Shown: positions 26,901 through 36,762 of the stretch, piece by piece
How the letters are laid out: each line of letters begins with the position of its first letter
Numbering within the stretch: the stretch's first letter is position 1
Origin: Squalus acanthias
Taxonomy: Eukaryota
NCBI GenBank assembly: GCA_030390025.1
Contig: CM059432.1
Span: 39,124,001 to 39,188,000, forward strand
DNA length: 64,000 bases
Direction: 5' to 3'
Translations under genes and position numbers: made by a program
The notes under the pieces: model-generated
What the model was told of the DNA's origin: nothing
Seen by the model: the letters and a program-made list of their open reading frames with translations, nothing else
Database searches by the model: none

Positions 26901-27857
26901 GCCCTTTAAAAGTAAAGGCAAACTTGTATTGGTCTTCCCTTTTCAGAGGAATTGACCAAAACCCATTGGAGATATCCAGCACCGTAAAAGTGGTTGCGGT
27001 CGCTGGAATGCTCCCTATCAGATTGGCAACAGCCGCGACTGTGGGCGCGCAGGCTGGGATGTTTTTATTGAGCACCCGATAGTCCACGGTGGCCCTCCAC
27101 GACTGGTCGGGTTTCCTAACCGGCCAAAGTGGTGAGTTCACGTGGGTGGCTATCGGCCTCAACACCTCCTGTTCTACCAGGGATCCCAGTGCCATTTCCA
27201 AGTCGGCTTCTGCCTCTCTGGGGAAATTATACTGCTTTTGTGGCCGTGACATGGGGTCCCCATGTACTCGGACTTTTACCCCCGTCACCCGGCCACAGTC
27301 GTACTTGTGCGTGGCGAACAATGCGAGATTGTCTCTCGCGTTCGCCTGATACTTGGCTGGGGTATTACCGACCAATTGCTCCAGGTCGTAACTCCCCTTA
27401 GGCTTCATCATGCACACGCTACCCCTTCCTTCTCCGTCCTTGGTGATTACTAGAACTTCTCCCTCCTTATCGGAACTCCCCGCTCCCCAAAGGCAGTGAT
27501 TCCTGAAATCCACTATTATATGATGGGCTAACATAAAGTCGGCCCCTAGGACTCCTGACCCTGGCTGTTCCCATTTTATTAGGACGCATTTCCACTTGGT
27601 GTGGAGGGATCCTAAATCTATGGCCAAAGGTTTGGACATTGCCCCCGCCTGCTCGTTCCCTGTGAACCCCACGAGACTGAATGGGATCCTGCTAGACCAG
27701 GGTGAGTTGGTTGGGTCCCTTGAATGGATCACCGTGCTCGAGGCCCCGGTGTCCACCAATACTTCCCATGTACCGTCTCCACCCCCATCTTCACACAAGG
27801 TCTGCCCCACTCATCGCACGTGAGCGGACACAGGTACTCAGTCTGGGCACGCTCTAG
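23990..27857 (-). pseudogene. pol: pol: protease-RT-tether-RNase H-integrase, disrupted
   Basis: LVDTGAS; NSPLWPVRK..WR..VDYRVLN; LDISNGFW; LPQGFHNSP; QYVDD; RPVVYSSRVL tether; IYVDGSS RNase H; HHCC (AHGGPGAGH...CADCLVC); QVDY...SDQGSHF...VE.LNRTIK; GPY. Confidence 0.95.
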
Positions 27858-29524
27858 TCAGGGTGTTGGGCATACGGGAGCGGTCGGGATCACACTGCTC
27901 GCGGCAGCGTCTAACCCCCCCTTTCTCCTGCACAAAAACCGTCCGAAGGGCAGCCACCAGAACGTCAAACGGTTCCCCGGTCGCCCCCTTCGCCTCGACA
28001 GTCTGTGCCTTTTGCACCGGAGGATTCCCTCGGCCTTGCCCCTTTTTCTGGGTCGGGCACTCTCGCCTCCAGTGTCCCGTCTTCCCACACCCGAAACATG
28101 TCCTTGCCTTTTCTGCACTAACCCCTTCCTGACGCCATTCCTCCCTGCTACCCTCACTGGCCTTTCTCTCATGGACCTTGCCTTTATTGGGTTTGACCTC
28201 CTCCTCTGAACCGGTTTTAAAGGCCAGGTTCATCTTACGGAGCACGTTGGCCTCCATATTCGTGAGGTCCTCGGAGTCAAACCAGGCTTCTGCTTTTGCC
28301 CTTATTCGTGGCAAACTGTTTACCACGAGGGTCCTGAGCCAGTGATTCCTGGGGCCCCCTTGCAGCTGTAACCTGTCCAGTATCCCACCCGTGGCCTTTT
28401 CGTATACCGGCCATAGCCTGTCTGCTGCCTGTGGTGCTTCGCCCGCCAGCTGCAGCGTTCTCTCCACTCGGGAGAACGGACTACCCTGGGTATGTCCCAT
28501 GGCTCTCAGGATTTCCTCCTTTAAACCTGCCGTGGTTCCCTGCCCCAGCTTGGTGGCTGCGGACAGGGCCTGGTACAATTTTCCATCCAGGGAAAATAGT
28601 AACAGCCTGTGAGTTTCGCCCTCACTACACCTATTGATCCCTCCAATATGCTCCACTTCCATGAAGTGAACGGAGGGGTCCCCTTCTTTTCTTAATTTGG
28701 GCATACTTGCTATCATAGCCTGCAGTTGTGGGGTGGTAAACGGGACCACGTAATCGGTCTGCAGCGGGCCCTGAGCACCGTTTTGTGCGGGCGGACTGTA
28801 CTTTTGCTGCCACAGAGGACACATCGGTCCCGGTGGTGCTTCCGGCGCCGGTCGGGCTTCCCTATCCCAGACCCAATCCTCAGACCCCTGTCTTTCCTCT
28901 TCCCAGTCCACCTGAGCTTCCCCCGAGGTTGTTAAGCAAACCATCCCTCTGGCTTTGGACAGGGCTTGGGTCAGACTTTTTATCCTTTCCTCGCAGGGCT
29001 CGTGGTTTAAATCCTCGTACCCCCTGCTCCTGGCTACCCTGTAGGCTGCCTTTATTTCTCTAAGCTAGCCCGTAAACTTTACCCGTTGAGCGGGCGTTCT
29101 CCGCCCGTACAGCCTGCTCATTGAGCTTGGCCTCGGTGACCTGGCACTGCAGGTACTCCCCGGTGTTACGGGAGGTTTCCTCCTATGCGCATTTCTCCTG
29201 TCTTTCCTCGCGCAGCTCCTCCATTAATCTATTACCCACTATCCCCCTTGCGTCTGACTTTTCTTCTGATTCCCTGAGCTCGGCCTGCAGCTTTCCAACC
29301 TGCTCCCTGAGCAGTTGGACCTGTTTCTGCAGGCACATGAGCCAAATCGCCTTTTCCTTAGACATTTTATGCTCCTTGCTCCCTGTCCATCCCGCAGCCC
29401 TATCCTGAGGACTGTCAGAACGCAACATCTCCAGCACCCACTGCTGAGACACATTAACTTTACCAAACACATAGGAGGAAATTCTGTCTCCCATTGCAGA
29501 TCTCTTGCCCTCTAAACTTTCCAT
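27858..29524 (-). pseudogene. gag: gag: coiled-coil N-terminus, capsid-like region, single zinc knuckle, PTAP; disrupted
   Basis: ATG 29524 (MESLEG); heptad-rich LQKQVQLLREQVGKLQAEL; CFGCGKTGHWRREC; PTAP at 27876-27887. Confidence 0.9.
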
Positions 29525-29547
29525 GATCCTGTTCACACAACCTATCG

Positions 29548-29565
29548 TCCTGCCGGCGGTCACCA
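29548..29565 (-). promoter_or_regulatory. Primer binding site (tRNA identity unresolved)
   Basis: TGGTGACCGCCGGCAGGA, 4 nt after the CA end of the 5' LTR. Confidence 0.75.
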
Positions 29566-29569
29566 ATTC

Positions 29570-30651
29570 TGTAGGTGGTTTGCCTTGGTGGTTCGAATCA
29601 CCCCTCCTGCTTGGTTCTAGACGACAGGAATTACGGTGAACAGGATTGGAACACAGACAAGCTTTTCGGACTCAACCGTACGGTGTTTAATAAGGTTAAC
29701 ACACACACCCGCCTCCAGTACGTAAAATGCCTGGTGGCGTAAAACAAACAGTACAACAATACAACTTGGCCTGTCGAACAGGCCCCTGTCTCATATTAAG
29801 ATGCCTAAAATCACACTGTGTTGCTATACAGAGTATAACATGGACTTGTCCCACAAACCCCGGAACATACACTATATAATACACACAGAACCTCCCCACT
29901 AAGCCCCTCTGGATTGGTTGGGACACACAACACCCCCTCACACAGTACTGGTGGTCTTAAGGATGTGTGGGCTTGGACAATGCTCACCCCGATTGTCCGT
30001 TTTCTTGCTCGCTACATCCCTGTGTAGAACGTGTCTCCTGGTTCCGTATCGCTAATGCAGTATCCAAGTTCCAGTTTCGAGGTTTGTTCCTACAGTCGAA
30101 GAGCAAGGCGAGGCTCTTGTCGCTCGTGGTGGTTTCTCTCTCCATCTCGGATGGAGTGCTCGGTTCTAGGTTCAGAGATGAGGGCACGCGAAGGCGAGAG
30201 CAAGCGAGAGAGAGCGAGAATGGCCAAAGCTGCCTTCTCTTATATCCTAAAAGTTCATTAAGGTCTGTGTAGTGCAGTGATGTCTTTTTAATCACCCTTC
30301 TTTGTCTGGTTTCCCGCCTTTCAGGGCTATCCCATCTAGGTGTTAGTGTTAATGGCAGATGATGGGCCGCACTTCTCACCCGATCCTGGGTTAAGTGGTT
30401 TCCCATTAATTTACAATGGCCCTCCATCTTCTGCCCGTTACCGTATGAGTCACCTATTCGGGCCAATTGTTTCCCAGAGAACTCTGTCTGCTCAGACATT
30501 CTCCCGTAATCAGTTTGTAGGCCTGGCTGGAATCTCCTGTCCATCATGAAACCTGGGCCCCTCCCATCTTCTCCAGACAGGCTGCTGGTCAATCAGCAGT
30601 AACAATCATACAAAATGTCCGATACAAAAATCCTTGGGGCCTGAGGCTGAT
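29570..30651 (-). repeat. 5' LTR (outer ~7 bp lost)
   Basis: Roughly 95% similar by eye to the 3' LTR; TATAA 30240-30244; GG|GTGAGC donor at 29987; ATTAAA 29686-29691. Confidence 0.95.
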
Positions 30652-31124
30652 TTGAATATATTTAAATGAGAGCCAGTGGCAGTACAGCCCTGAACTACCT
30701 AGTTTTACATACGCAATGAAGTAGGAGTAAGTTAGACAGGAAATATAATTTGCAGCTGTTGCTAGGATGAGCAGAGATTGGAGGAAGTAAAGAGATTTTG
30801 AGCCTGAAGGTTGCTGAGAGTTTGAGTGGTGATTACTGCAACTGGGGAGGACTTTTTGGAGCGACGTTTTGCTTTAAGCTTAGATGACTTTGGATTTGCT
30901 TCGAACTGGTTATGAGACTGTGAGACCACTGGGAAATATTGTTCCTCTGCCACTTGTGAGATGTTTTAAGGAGCAGCATGGCATTCCCTATGAGCATCCC
31001 ATGGAGGAGGAGCAAGAGACAATGGAGGACAGGAGCATGAGGCAGGATTTAAGGAGGATGAACCCCATAAAATATTACCCCCCGTTCCAAAGTGCAGCGT
31101 GCAACAGATGGCACCCATGTCCCT

Positions 31125-31320
31125 TATGAGTTCCCAAGGCCAACCCTTTGAGCTTCCTAAAGAGAGCGGGCTATCATTCGCTCAGTGTGCAGATTGTGTG
31201 CGACCGCTTACAAAGAATCCTCCACTTCGACACAAGATTTGCTAGAAGTTGTCACATTGCATCCATCCTTCAGAATTTGGCACCCTGAGCTCTTCAAGGA
31301 AGATCATGTTGATGGATGGA
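31125..31320 (+). pseudogene. Degenerate PIF/Harbinger transposase fragment
   Basis: FLKRAGYHSLSVQIVCD (31154-31204) matches the NRKGxHSxNVQxVCD motif. Confidence 0.7.
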
Positions 31321-31722
31321 TTATGAGTGACAAGGCCGACCCCTATTGCAATGGATAATGATTCCGCTAAGAGTTGTACCAACAAGATTGATTGACTTTT
31401 GTAAAGGCTAACATTTGAGGGGTGTCTCTCAGGTGGCATCAACAACAACAACAAATTGCATTTATATAGCGCCTTTAATGTAGTAAAACGTCCCAAAGTG
31501 CTTCACAGGAGTGTTATCAAATAAAGTTTGACACCGAGCCACATAAGGAGATATTAGCGCACATGATCAAAAGCTGGGCCAAAGAGGTAGGTTTTAAGGA
31601 GCGTCCTAAAGGAGGAAAAAGAGGTAGCGAGGCAAAGAGGTTTAGGAAGGGAATTCCAGAGCTTAGGGCCTTGGCAGCTGAAGGCATGGCCACCAATAGT
31701 GGAGGGATGAAAATCGGAGATA

Positions 31723-31832
31723 CATAGATACATAGATACATAGATACATAGATACATAGATACATAGATACATAGATACATAGATACATAGATACATAGA
31801 TACATAGATACATAGATACATAGATACATAGA
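31723..31832. repeat. (CATAGATA)~13.5 octamer microsatellite, the CR1 3' tail
   Basis: Perfect 8-bp tandem repeat adjoining the CR1 3' UTR. Confidence 0.95.
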
Positions 31833-31909
31833 AGATAGGAGCAGGAGTAGGCCATCCGGCCCTTCGAGCCTGCTCCGCCATTTAATGAGATCATGGCTGA
31901 TCCTCCAAT

Positions 31910-34777
31910 TCAGTATCCCGTCCCCGCCTTCTCTCCGTAACCCTTAACCCCTTTTGCCTGTAGAAATATATCTAATTCCCTCTTAAATATATTTAATGAG
32001 CTGGCGTACACTGCCCTCTGTGGCAATGAGTTCCACAGGTTCACCACCCTCTGAGTGAAGAAATTCCCCCTCATTTCTGTCCTAAATGGTTTAGCCCTTA
32101 TCCTTAAATTATGTCCTCTAGTTCTGTTCTCACCCGCCAAGGGAAACATTCCTTCTGCATCTAGTCTGTCTAGACCTGTCAGAATTTTATACACTTCTAT
32201 GAGGTCCCCTCTCAATCTTCTAAACTCCAGTGTGTACATCCCTAAACTACATAGTCTCTCCTCATAGGTCAATCCCGCCATTCCTGGTATCAGCCTGGTG
32301 AATCGCCGCTGCACCCCCTCCATGGCAAGAACATCTTTCCTCAGATGAGGCGACCAAAACTGTACACAGTACTCGAGGTGTGGTCTCACCAGTGCCCTGT
32401 ACAGCTGCAGCAAGGTATCCCTGTTCCTGTATTCCAACCCTTTTGCTATGAAGGCCAGCATACCGTTTGCCTTCTTGACCGCCTGTTGCACCTGCATGCT
32501 CGCCTTCAGTGACTGGTGTACAAGAACACCCAGGTCTCTTTGTACTTCCCCCTCTCCCAATTTATTGCCATTTAAATAATAATTTGCCCTCCCGTTCCTG
32601 CACCCAAGGTGGATAACTTCGCACTTGTCCACATTATAGTGCATCTGCCATTTATCCGCCCAATCACCCAGTCTGTCCAAATCGCTCTGGAGCTTCCTGG
32701 TCTCCTCCTCTGAGCCCACCCCCCCTCCTAGTTTAGTGTCGTCTGCAAATTTGGAAATGTTGCATCCGACTCCCTGATCCAGGTCATTAATGTAAATTGT
32801 GAACAGCTGGGGACCCAGGACAGATCCCTGTGGTACCCCACTTGTTACTGCCTGCCATTCAGAAAATGAGCCGTTTATTCCAACTCTCTGTTTTCTATCT
32901 GACAGCCAATTCTCTATCCACGTCAATACTTTCCCCTTTATCCCATGAGCTTCAATTTTCCATGCTAATCTTTTATGTGGGACCTTGTCGAAGGCCTTTT
33001 GGAAGTCCAGGTACACCACATCTACTGGCTCTCCCCCATCTATTTTACCAGTTACTCCCTCAAAAAATTCCAATAGATTAGTCAAGCACGATTTACCCTT
33101 TGTAAATCCATGTTGACTCTGTCCTATCCTGTCCCCATTTGCTAAGTGCTCCGCTATTTCATCCTTAATGATGGACTCCAGCATTTTGCCCACAACTGAT
33201 GTAAGGCTTACAGGTCTGTAATTACCTGCTTTTTCCCTACCCCCCTTTTTGAATAGTGGGGTAACGTTAGCTACCCTCCAATCCATGGGCACTGTTCCCG
33301 AGTCTAATGAATTCTGAAAAATCATACTTAGTGCATCCGCTATCTCTAGGGCCACCTCCTTCAGTACCCTAGGATGCATGTTATCAGGCCCTGGGGATTT
33401 GTCCGCCTTCAATCCCTTTAGCTTCCTTAACACCATATCCTTAGAGATATTGATTTGCGTCAGTTCCTCCTTTGCCAATGTCCCTATTTTTCCCGATATC
33501 CCAGGGAGGTTTTTTGTGTCTTCCTTCGTAAAGACTGACCCAAAGTATGCATTTAGTTGGTCTGCCATTTCCTTATTTCCCGTTATATATTCCCCCGTAT
33601 CTGACTGCAATGGACCAACTTTGGTTTTCACCAGTCTTTTCCTCTTGATATACTTATAAAAGCTTTTGGAGTTAGTTTTTATATTTTCCGCCAGCTTGCT
33701 TTCGTAAGCTATTTTGCCCCTCTTGATTAAGCCCTTTGTCCTCCTTTGCTCTATCTTAAACTGTTCCCAATCTTCCGCTCTGGCGCTTTTTTTGGCTATT
33801 TTATACGCCCTATCTTTGGATTTTATGCTGTCTCTAATTTCCCCTGTTATCCACGGTTGAGTCACCTTTTTAGATTTCCTTTTATGCCAGATTGGTATAA
33901 ACAATTTTTGCAATTTTGTCATTCTATCTTTAAATGCTTGCCATTGTTTATCTACCTCCAGTCCTCCCAGGAACGTTGTCCAATCAGACCTACTCAGTTC
34001 CCGTCTAATGGCATCATAATTCCCCTTGTTTAAATTCAGGACCTTAGTCTCTGAGTCAATTTCTTCGCTCTCCATTTCGAGTGAGAAATCGATCATGTTA
34101 TGATCGCTCTGACCCAAGGGTCCCCGTACAACAAGATTACTAATTAGTCCCTTCTCATTGCACAGTACCCAGTCCAATATAGCCTGTTCCCGAGTTGGTT
34201 CCTCGACATATTGATCCAGATAACCATCCCTTAAACACTCAAGGAATTCCTCCTCCTCATTATTTTTACTGATTAGGCTAGTCCAATCTATATGTAAGTT
34301 AAAGTCACCTATGATGACAGCTGTGCTCTTATTGCACGCTTCTCTAATTTCCCTCGTGATGCCCTCCCCAACCTCTATTTTACTATTTGGAGGCCTATAT
34401 ACCACTCCTATTAATGTTTTTCGCCCCTCGCTATTTCTTAGCTCCACCCATATAGATTCTGTATTAACTGAGTTAATATCCTTCCTTTCAATTGCATTTA
34501 TCCCCTCTTTTACCAGCAATGCTACCCCTCCTCCCTTTCTTTTTTGTCGATCCTTCCTAAATACTGAATACCCCTGTATGTTAAGCTCCCAGCCCTGCTC
34601 ACCCTGCAACCATGTTTCCGTAATCCCAATTAGATCATAATTATTAACCTCTATTTCCACAGCTAATTCATCTACCTTGTTCCTGATGCTTCTCGCATTA
34701 AGGTATAAAACCCTCAGGCTTTTTTTATGCTCACATTTTTTATGAATTAGTTTGGCCCTTTGTTTTTTGTTCCTCAC
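31910..34777 (-). CDS. CR1 ORF2: AP endonuclease + reverse transcriptase
   Basis: 955 aa uninterrupted; [41 protein letters not shown]. Confidence 0.97.
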   Translation of the reverse strand: MRNKKQRAKLIHKKCEHKKSLRVLYLNARSIRNKVDELAVEIEVNNYDLIGITETWLQGEQGWELNIQGYSVFRKDRQKRKGGGVALLVKEGINAIERKDINSVNTESIWVELRNSEGRKTLIGVVYRPPNSKIEVGEGITREIREACNKSTAVIIGDFNLHIDWTSLISKNNEEEEFLECLRDGYLDQYVEEPTREQAILDWVLCNEKGLISNLVVRGPLGQSDHNMIDFSLEMESEEIDSETKVLNLNKGNYDAIRRELSRSDWTTFLGGLEVDKQWQAFKDRMTKLQKLFIPIWHKRKSKKVTQPWITGEIRDSIKSKDRAYKIAKKSARAEDWEQFKIEQRRTKGLIKRGKIAYESKLAENIKTNSKSFYKYIKRKRLVKTKVGPLQSDTGEYITGNKEMADQLNAYFGSVFTKEDTKNLPGISGKIGTLAKEELTQINISKDMVLRKLKGLKADKSPGPDNMHPRVLKEVALEIADALSMIFQNSLDSGTVPMDWRVANVTPLFKKGGREKAGNYRPVSLTSVVGKMLESIIKDEIAEHLANGDRIGQSQHGFTKGKSCLTNLLEFFEGVTGKIDGGEPVDVVYLDFQKAFDKVPHKRLAWKIEAHGIKGKVLTWIENWLSDRKQRVGINGSFSEWQAVTSGVPQGSVLGPQLFTIYINDLDQGVGCNISKFADDTKLGGGVGSEEETRKLQSDLDRLGDWADKWQMHYNVDKCEVIHLGCRNGRANYYLNGNKLGEGEVQRDLGVLVHQSLKASMQVQQAVKKANGMLAFIAKGLEYRNRDTLLQLYRALVRPHLEYCVQFWSPHLRKDVLAMEGVQRRFTRLIPGMAGLTYEERLCSLGMYTLEFRRLRGDLIEVYKILTGLDRLDAEGMFPLAGENRTRGHNLRIRAKPFRTEMRGNFFTQRVVNLWNSLPQRAVYASSLNIFKRELDIFLQAKGVKGYGEKAGTGY

Positions 34778-34851
34778 CCTTTTACCATTTATTTCTGTCT
34801 GCCTTTCACTTTCCTCTATTTCACTACATAGGTTTCTAGCCCCCTGCCATA

Positions 34852-35800
34852 CTAGTTTAAATGCTCCCGAACTGCTTTATCAAAAATTACCCCGAGAACA
34901 TCAGTTCCATCTTTGCACAGGTGTAGACCGTCCCTTTTGTATAGGTCACACCTACCACAAAACTGGTTCCAATGCCTCAAAAATTTAAAACCCTCCCTCT
35001 TACACCACTGCTCAAGCCACGTATTTAGCCTAACTATCTTGTTCTCTGTACTCTTACTAGCACGTGGCACTGGTAGTAATCCAGAGATTACTACCTTCGA
35101 GGTCCTACTTTTTAGCTTGGCTCCTAACTCCCTAAATTCTACTTGTAGGACCTCTTCCCTTTTTTTAGCTACGTCGTTGGTACCAACATGTATCACGACA
35201 ACTGGCTGTTCCCCCTCCCCTTCCAGAATGTTCTGCACCCGCGCCGAGACATCCTTGACCCTTGCACCAGGGAGGCAACATACCATCCTGGAGTCTCGGT
35301 CGCGACCACAGAAACCCCTATCTATTCCCCTTACAATCGAATCCCCTATTACTATAGCCCTGCCACTCTTTTTCCCTCCCTTCTTTGCAACAGAGCCAGT
35401 CATGGTGCCATGAGCCTGGCTGCTGGTGCCTTCCCCCGATGAGTCTTCCCCCCCCGACAACAGCACCTAAGGCGGTGAACCTGTTGCTAAGGGAGACAAC
35501 CCCAGGGGATTTCTGCACTACCTTCCTGCCCTTGCTCTGCCTTTTGGTCACCCATGTACTATCTACGCTGGCCTTAACCTGCGGTGTGACCAACTCACTA
35601 AATGTGTTATCCACAACCCTCTCAGAATCGTGGATGCTCCAAAGTGAGTCCATCCGCAGCTCAAGGGCCGTCATGTGGTCCCACATGAGCTGCAGCTGGA
35701 CACACTTCCCGCACACATGGTTGTCAGGGACACAGGAAGCGTCCCTGATTTCCCACATGTTACAGGAGGAGCATGACACAGGTCCGAGCTCTACTGCCAT
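34852..35800 (-). CDS. CR1 ORF1: zinc finger/leucine zipper + SGNH esterase, one frameshift in the G8 run near 35450
   Basis: CSSC...CGKC; IGDSIVRG, CLPGA, HVGTND, DGLH. Confidence 0.9.
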
Positions 35801-36762
35801 GACTTAACCCTTATATTACTTTTTAATTTTCTAGTTTTAGTTTATTTATTGACTTTTGTTTTCCCGAAGCTTACTTAGACCAATGTATACTGTACTCCTC
35901 TTATTCCTTTTTAAACTAACCAAATCCCACTAGTTTTAGTTTTACTTTCTAGGAAGGTTTGAGGAAAGTACTTACCAGTTAGTCTTACCTCCCTGGTCTT
36001 TCGCTGACTTCCCGGTCTTGTGTCCCCTTGGTCCTACGCCGACTTCCCGCTCCTCCCGGTTCCTGCCCTGCTGAAAAGAAACTGAGACCAAAAAATTTGT
36101 GACCTCTGTTTTTAGACTGCTAAAAGACTAGTAGGTTAGAGGAGGAGGGCGGGTGGGGGTTCCTACTCTGTAGGAACTCGGGTTTAAGCCACCACCCTCC
36201 TTAAATGCCGTTCACCTGATGCTCAAGGGTCCAGAATTGGAGGAGCGCAGATATCTCGGAGGGTTGTCGGGCTGGAGGAGATTACAGAGATAGGGAGGGG
36301 CGAGGCTATGAAGGGATTTGAAAACAAGGATGAGAATTTTAAAATCGAGGCGTTGCTTAACCGGGAGCCAATGTAGGTCAGCAAGTACAGGGGTGATGGG
36401 TGAACGGGACTTGGTGCGAGTTATGACACAGACAGCAGAGCTTTGGATGACCTCAAGTTTACAGAGGGTAGAAAGTGGTAGGCTGGCCAGGACTGTATTG
36501 GAATAGTCAAGTCCAGAGGTAATAAAGGCATGGATGAAGGTTTCAGCGGCAGATGAGCTGAGGCGGGGCGGAGTCGGGTGATGTTATGGAGGTGGAAATA
36601 GGTGGTCTCAGTGATGGCTTGGATATATGGTCGGAAGCTCATCTTGGGGTCAAATTTGATACCAAGGTTGTGAACAGTCTGATTCAGCCTCAGACAGTTG
36701 CCACGGAGAGGGATGGAGTCAATGGATAGGGAATGGAGTTTGTGGTGGGGAAAGAAGACAAT

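Larger units (their letters stand above)
16091..30651 (-). mobile_element. Endogenous lokiretrovirus-like provirus (LTR-gag-pol-env-LTR), defective
   Basis: Paired LTRs, PBS, PPT, gag CCHC, PR, RT YVDD, tether + RNase H, IN, F-like env. Confidence 0.9.
31722..36217 (-). mobile_element. Full-length CR1 LINE (~4.5 kb)
   Basis: 5' UTR, ORF1, open ORF2, 3' UTR and octamer tail; inserted in an L2. Confidence 0.95.

Noticed and set aside
31723..31832. CRISPR-like array
   Set aside because: Perfect 8-bp microsatellite with no spacers, in eukaryotic DNA
31517..31894. ORFs with MYLCIYVS repeats
   Set aside because: Translation of the CR1 octamer tail
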